Source of the DNA: Verrucomicrobiota bacterium
GTDB taxonomy: Bacteria; Verrucomicrobiota; Kiritimatiellia; RFP12; UBA1067
DNA: 37,434 bases
Assembly (NCBI GenBank): GCA_016288465.1
Contig: JAEEZC010000162.1
Location: 1 to 37,434 of the forward strand
Direction of reading: 5' to 3'
The translations under genes were made by a program, and so were the position numbers. Each line of letters starts with the position of its first letter. The first letter of the stretch is position 1. This document shows, piece after piece, positions 34,228 through 37,434 of the stretch. A model generated the notes under the pieces. The model was not told the DNA's origin. It worked only from the letters and a program-made list of their open reading frames with translations, and made no database searches.

Positions 34228-35511
34228 TCACCCCGGCGTCCTCACGTCGGCAACGCGGTCGCGGGCGAAGAACACATACCTCGCCACCAGCACCGCGACG
34301 GCGCCAAGTGCGTAAGTCCCGCCGAAAATGGCGATTCCGTGCTGATACGAGAAGTGCTCCCCTACATATCCGAGCACCGCTGTCGCCGGGCATCCGATCA
34401 GGAACGCGCCGCAGAGATAGACGCCCATCGCGGCGGCGCGGTAGCGAGGCGCCACGACCTCGAAAAGCCCAGAGTAGAGGGAGCAGTCGAAGAGCCCGCC
34501 GCCCACGCCGAACACAAACGTCATCAGACAGCAAAGCCACAGGTTCGGCATATACACCATCGCCGCCATGGCCGGCGCAGATATCGCAAGGCCGATCCAG
34601 AGCATGTTGATGCGAATCGCCGGAAAGCGTCCCACGAACCTGTCGGAAAGCCGCGCGCCAGCGCCTATGCCGATGAAGGAGCCTATATAGAACCAGACGA
34701 CGGAATGCAGCGCGGCGGATGCGGGCGAGAGCGCGAAGCCGCCCAGCTCCGGGCCCTGACGCATGAAGAGCGGCAGAAACGTGCGGAAGCAGTTCGAGCC
34801 GAACACGAGCATGCCGAACGCGACCGTCAGAAGCACCGCGGACGGCTTGGAGACCATGGCAAGCGCGGCCTCCTTGAAGCTCGCCCTCTCGAACTCACCG
34901 GCCCTGTGGCTCTGAAGCAGCGGCGGAGAGTCCCTGAGGAAGAACACGAGCGCGAACGTCCACACCACGCCGATTGCGCCGAACGCCCAGAACGCATACC
35001 GCCAGCCTTCGGTCGAGATGCCTCCCAGCCATCCGGCAAGGGCGCTTGCGACGATTATGCCGAAGTAGAGGCCTGTCTGGTATATCGAGAGCGCCGTCGA
35101 ACGGGTTTCGTGGTGGTACTGCGCTATAAGCGAACTCGCCGAAGCCGGTATCATGCACTGTCCGATGCCGTTCATGAGCCCGTACATGACGAGCATCCCT
35201 ACGAAGCCGTCGACGAACCCCGTCCCGAGCACGCTTGCCGAGAACAGGAACGCCCCGACTATTACGACCCACTTGCGCCGCATCATGTCCGCCGCGATGC
35301 CGGCAAGAGGAACCGCAAGGCCGTATGCGAAGAGGAACGCCGTGCGCGTCAGCCCCCATTGCGTGTCGCTCGTCCCAGGCAGCGACGCCTTGATGTCAGG
35401 CAGCGACGCGTTGAACACCTGCCGCGTCGCGTGCATGAGAAAGTAGGTGAAGGCGAGCAGCGCCAGCATCACCCACTTGTACCTTCTGTCTCTGGCGTTG
35501 CTCTCGTTCAT
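34228..35511 (-). CDS. MFS transporter (ACS-like)
   Basis: About 12 hydrophobic segments; motif A-like GIAADMMRRK; ETRSTALSIY; GWRYAF. ATGA-coupled to PfkB. Confidence 0.9.
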   Translation of the reverse strand: MNESNARDRRYKWVMLALLAFTYFLMHATRQVFNASLPDIKASLPGTSDTQWGLTRTAFLFAYGLAVPLAGIAADMMRRKWVVIVGAFLFSASVLGTGFVDGFVGMLVMYGLMNGIGQCMIPASASSLIAQYHHETRSTALSIYQTGLYFGIIVASALAGWLGGISTEGWRYAFWAFGAIGVVWTFALVFFLRDSPPLLQSHRAGEFERASFKEAALAMVSKPSAVLLTVAFGMLVFGSNCFRTFLPLFMRQGPELGGFALSPASAALHSVVWFYIGSFIGIGAGARLSDRFVGRFPAIRINMLWIGLAISAPAMAAMVYMPNLWLCCLMTFVFGVGGGLFDCSLYSGLFEVVAPRYRAAAMGVYLCGAFLIGCPATAVLGYVGEHFSYQHGIAIFGGTYALGAVAVLVARYVFFARDRVADVRTPG

Positions 35512-36419
35512 TTCAGGAACTCCTCGACTTCCTCCCTGGTGGGCGCGCTGGGCGGACGGCCGGAGAGTCCGCGGCACTTGATGGCCGAGACCGCCGCGCC
35601 GAAGCGCTGGCACTCCATGAGATCGTGCGTCTCGAGCCAGCGCACGGCAAAGCCGGTGTGGAAGAGATCTCCGCATCCCGTAGTGTCCACCACCTTCTCG
35701 ACCTTGAATGCAGGGCATTTCACGAAATCCCGCCCGTCAAAGCACATCGAGCCCCGAACGCCCATAGTCGCCCCGCAGACCTTCGGACGGTACTTCTCCC
35801 ACACCTGGCGAACCGCCGCCTCCGCGTCCTTGAGCCCAGTGAGCTTCAGGATGAACTCCTCGGAGCAGATGAGAAGGTCGGCCAAAGGCAGAAGCTCCTC
35901 CATGCCATCGCGATGGGTGCCTGCGTCGTACATGATGGTGACACCGGCCTCCTTCGCGATCTTCGCGGCGGCTATGGCGCCGACGGCGTTGTGCCCATCC
36001 AGATGAAGCACCTTGGCGCCGCGTATCGCATCCGCAATCGCGGGAGTGATCTCGTCCGCCGTCAGCTCGGTCAGCCCTTCGCGCGTCCATGCGCAGGAGC
36101 GGTTGCCCGTCTTCTCCTCTATCCAGAGATACGCGATGGCGCTCGTCGCGCCCTTGCGGACGGCCACCATCGACGTGTCGACCCCTTCCCGCGCAAACGT
36201 GTCGAGTATCATCCGCCCGTCGGCGTCGTCGCCGACCGTGCCGATGAACGCCGCTCTCTTGCCGAGCGCCGCCGCGCCTGCAGTGGAGTTGCCAGCAGGG
36301 CCGCCGCCAAGGATGGCATGGGAGATCATCTTAACCTTCGTGTCCATCGGGATGAACGGCAGCACCGCGAGATGGTCGTTCGACACGAAGCCCAGTCCTA
36401 TGTATTCAAATGTCATCAC
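35508..36419 (-). CDS. PfkB-family carbohydrate kinase
   Basis: GGGPAGN, FIGTVGDDADG, TMGVRG, VDTTGCGDLF. Start GTG 36419 or ATG 36416. Confidence 0.92.
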   Translation of the reverse strand: MMTFEYIGLGFVSNDHLAVLPFIPMDTKVKMISHAILGGGPAGNSTAGAAALGKRAAFIGTVGDDADGRMILDTFAREGVDTSMVAVRKGATSAIAYLWIEEKTGNRSCAWTREGLTELTADEITPAIADAIRGAKVLHLDGHNAVGAIAAAKIAKEAGVTIMYDAGTHRDGMEELLPLADLLICSEEFILKLTGLKDAEAAVRQVWEKYRPKVCGATMGVRGSMCFDGRDFVKCPAFKVEKVVDTTGCGDLFHTGFAVRWLETHDLMECQRFGAAVSAIKCRGLSGRPPSAPTREEVEEFLK

Positions 36420-36425
36420 GCGACG

Positions 36426-36489
36426 ATTATACCACATGCAACACTACATTTGCACGTCAATCTTTGAGACGCAATGAGAACACATGAGA
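36426..36489 (-). promoter_or_regulatory. Extended -10 TGGTATAAT plus three phased TCTCA boxes
   Basis: -10 at 36426-36431; + strand TGAGA at 36465, 36475, 36485. Confidence 0.72.
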
Positions 36490-36492
36490 ATT

Positions 36493-36521
36493 GCGGCCGG
36501 CCAGTCAGCCGGCCTGGCCGC
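36493..36521 (-). terminator. GC hairpin downstream of the 36548 gene
   Basis: GCGGCC-GGCC...GGCC-T-GGCCGC stem with only a weak U-tract. Confidence 0.4.
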
Positions 36522-36547
36522 GACTAAAAGCGGCAGTTCCCTAGCGT

Positions 36548-37253
36548 TTACGGAGCTTCGCCTTGATTGCCGCTCTCTGGCTTTTCCCGCTCTTCGCGAA
36601 GCGCCCTGCGCTCTTCACGCTTGGCGGCAACGACAGCGTATGCCAGATACATGACAAAGCCCGATGACAGCAAGCTGAAGACTAGTCCGACTATCTGCCG
36701 GAAGCCCAATTCGCCGCCGCCCGCCACGGCTCTACCGACCACAATGACATTGCAGACAAAGTATCCAATCACTCCGAAAATGACAAGCAAACCAATCGTC
36801 GCGCATCCCCATCCAATGCGATGCCTTTTCTGGAGCTCGGCAAGATCCGCTGAACCTTGACGCTCGCGAACGTAGCGAACAAGGTCCCCGAACGTCTTGA
36901 CCGTCTTCCAGACATCCTCGTCGAAGATGAACCTGAACTTTTGTTCAAGATCTTCCAAAGCGTCTTCGAAGCCCTCATCGTCAATGGATGCCACCATCTC
37001 AAGCGGGTCGTCCGCAATTAGCCGTTCGTTTGGCAGACCAAGGCACTCCTTGAAAATCCCTCAGACAGCAAGCAGCGATTTTGCGTTCCGCCTCGTCAGT
37101 CCAGATATCTTCGTGCTTGATGTCTGGACGCAGACGCAGCTGCCGCAGGAGAGTTTTCCTGAGCAATGCGCTTTCGCCACCCAGACGTCTCGCCCATGTT
37201 AGGCGAAACGCCGAATGTCGCTCTGCACAGTCATCTCTCAGCGGTTCAATCAT
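36548..37253 (-). pseudogene. Frameshifted hypothetical protein (acyl-carrier-like helical domain + 2 TM)
   Basis: ORFs 36999-37253 and 36548-36997 join on removing one base near 37058-37060, giving ...ERKIAACCLR-IFKECLGLPNERLIADDPLEMV...LEDLEQKF....KTFGDLVRYV. Confidence 0.6.
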
Positions 37254-37256
37254 TTG

Positions 37257-37433
37257 TTACGGAAGAGAAACCTGAAGTTTGAAGAACCGATCTCCCGATG
37301 TTTTCTTATGCCAGGAGGACAAGTCTATGCTTCCCATAAGGGAATAGACCGAAACTGCGCTGTTGGTGCGATTCCATTCCACTATCGGTTCTTCTCCCTG
37401 CATACGAATCGAAAGACGAAGTTGTTCGTTTGC
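37257..37433 (-). CDS. C-terminal end of a probable secreted protein (partial)
   Basis: Manual translation ANEQLRLSIRMQGEEPIVEWNRTNSAVSVYSLMGSIDLSSWHKKTSGDRFFKLQVSLP*, with a Y..MGS.DL..W...RFFK.V tail. Confidence 0.65.
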   Translation of the reverse strand, partial: ANEQLRLSIRMQGEEPIVEWNRTNSAVSVYSLMGSIDLSSWHKKTSGDRFFKLQVSLP

Positions 37434-37434
37434 A

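Noticed and set aside
5669-35718. Extended ORF-track N-termini (6955, 8733, 13609, 14832, 17396, 17977, 19422, 29236, 33302, 34540, 35718)
   Set aside because: They overlap upstream genes or promoters. Downstream starts fit SD sites, -10 boxes or stop/start coupling, and family N-termini.

Overview
GC-rich bacterial chromosomal segment with almost every gene on the minus strand. Gene content suggests a gut/rumen PVC-superphylum bacterium, probably Kiritimatiellae (inference): XylR-type regulators, a triple-LamG secreted protein ending in GMMILVR, and CAZymes. Left to right: partial CsgG-family gene, beta-helix protein, tandem atypical tRNA-Asn/tRNA-Cys, HTH protein, truncated phytase-like gene, XylR-type regulator, a translationally coupled 5-gene operon (GYF+VPV-repeat protein, GYF+coiled-coil protein, TPR-like protein, Dus, GT4), MFP+RND pump, an ~870 bp repeat/hairpin-rich spacer, acyl-CoA ligase plus XRE-cupin, glf, a structured non-coding island, a sugar region (xylB, GH2, GH5-like, LamG, XylR-type, GH30, iolB-like, FucI-like isomerase, MFS, PfkB), and a frameshifted gene and partial gene at the right end. 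Most notable: (1) a candidate membrane-skeleton pair with alveolin/articulin-like repeats, (2) an RND subunit lacking the canonical proton-relay residues, (3) a Leu/Ile leader-peptide attenuator on an acyl-CoA ligase operon, (4) a phased TCTCA triple repeat at identical offsets in two sugar promoters, (5) an Asn/Cys-rich uORF upstream of tRNA-Cys/Asn, (6) widespread apparently leaderless transcription. No CRISPR-Cas, transposase or integrase was seen. All family calls are by-eye motif recognition, not database searches.
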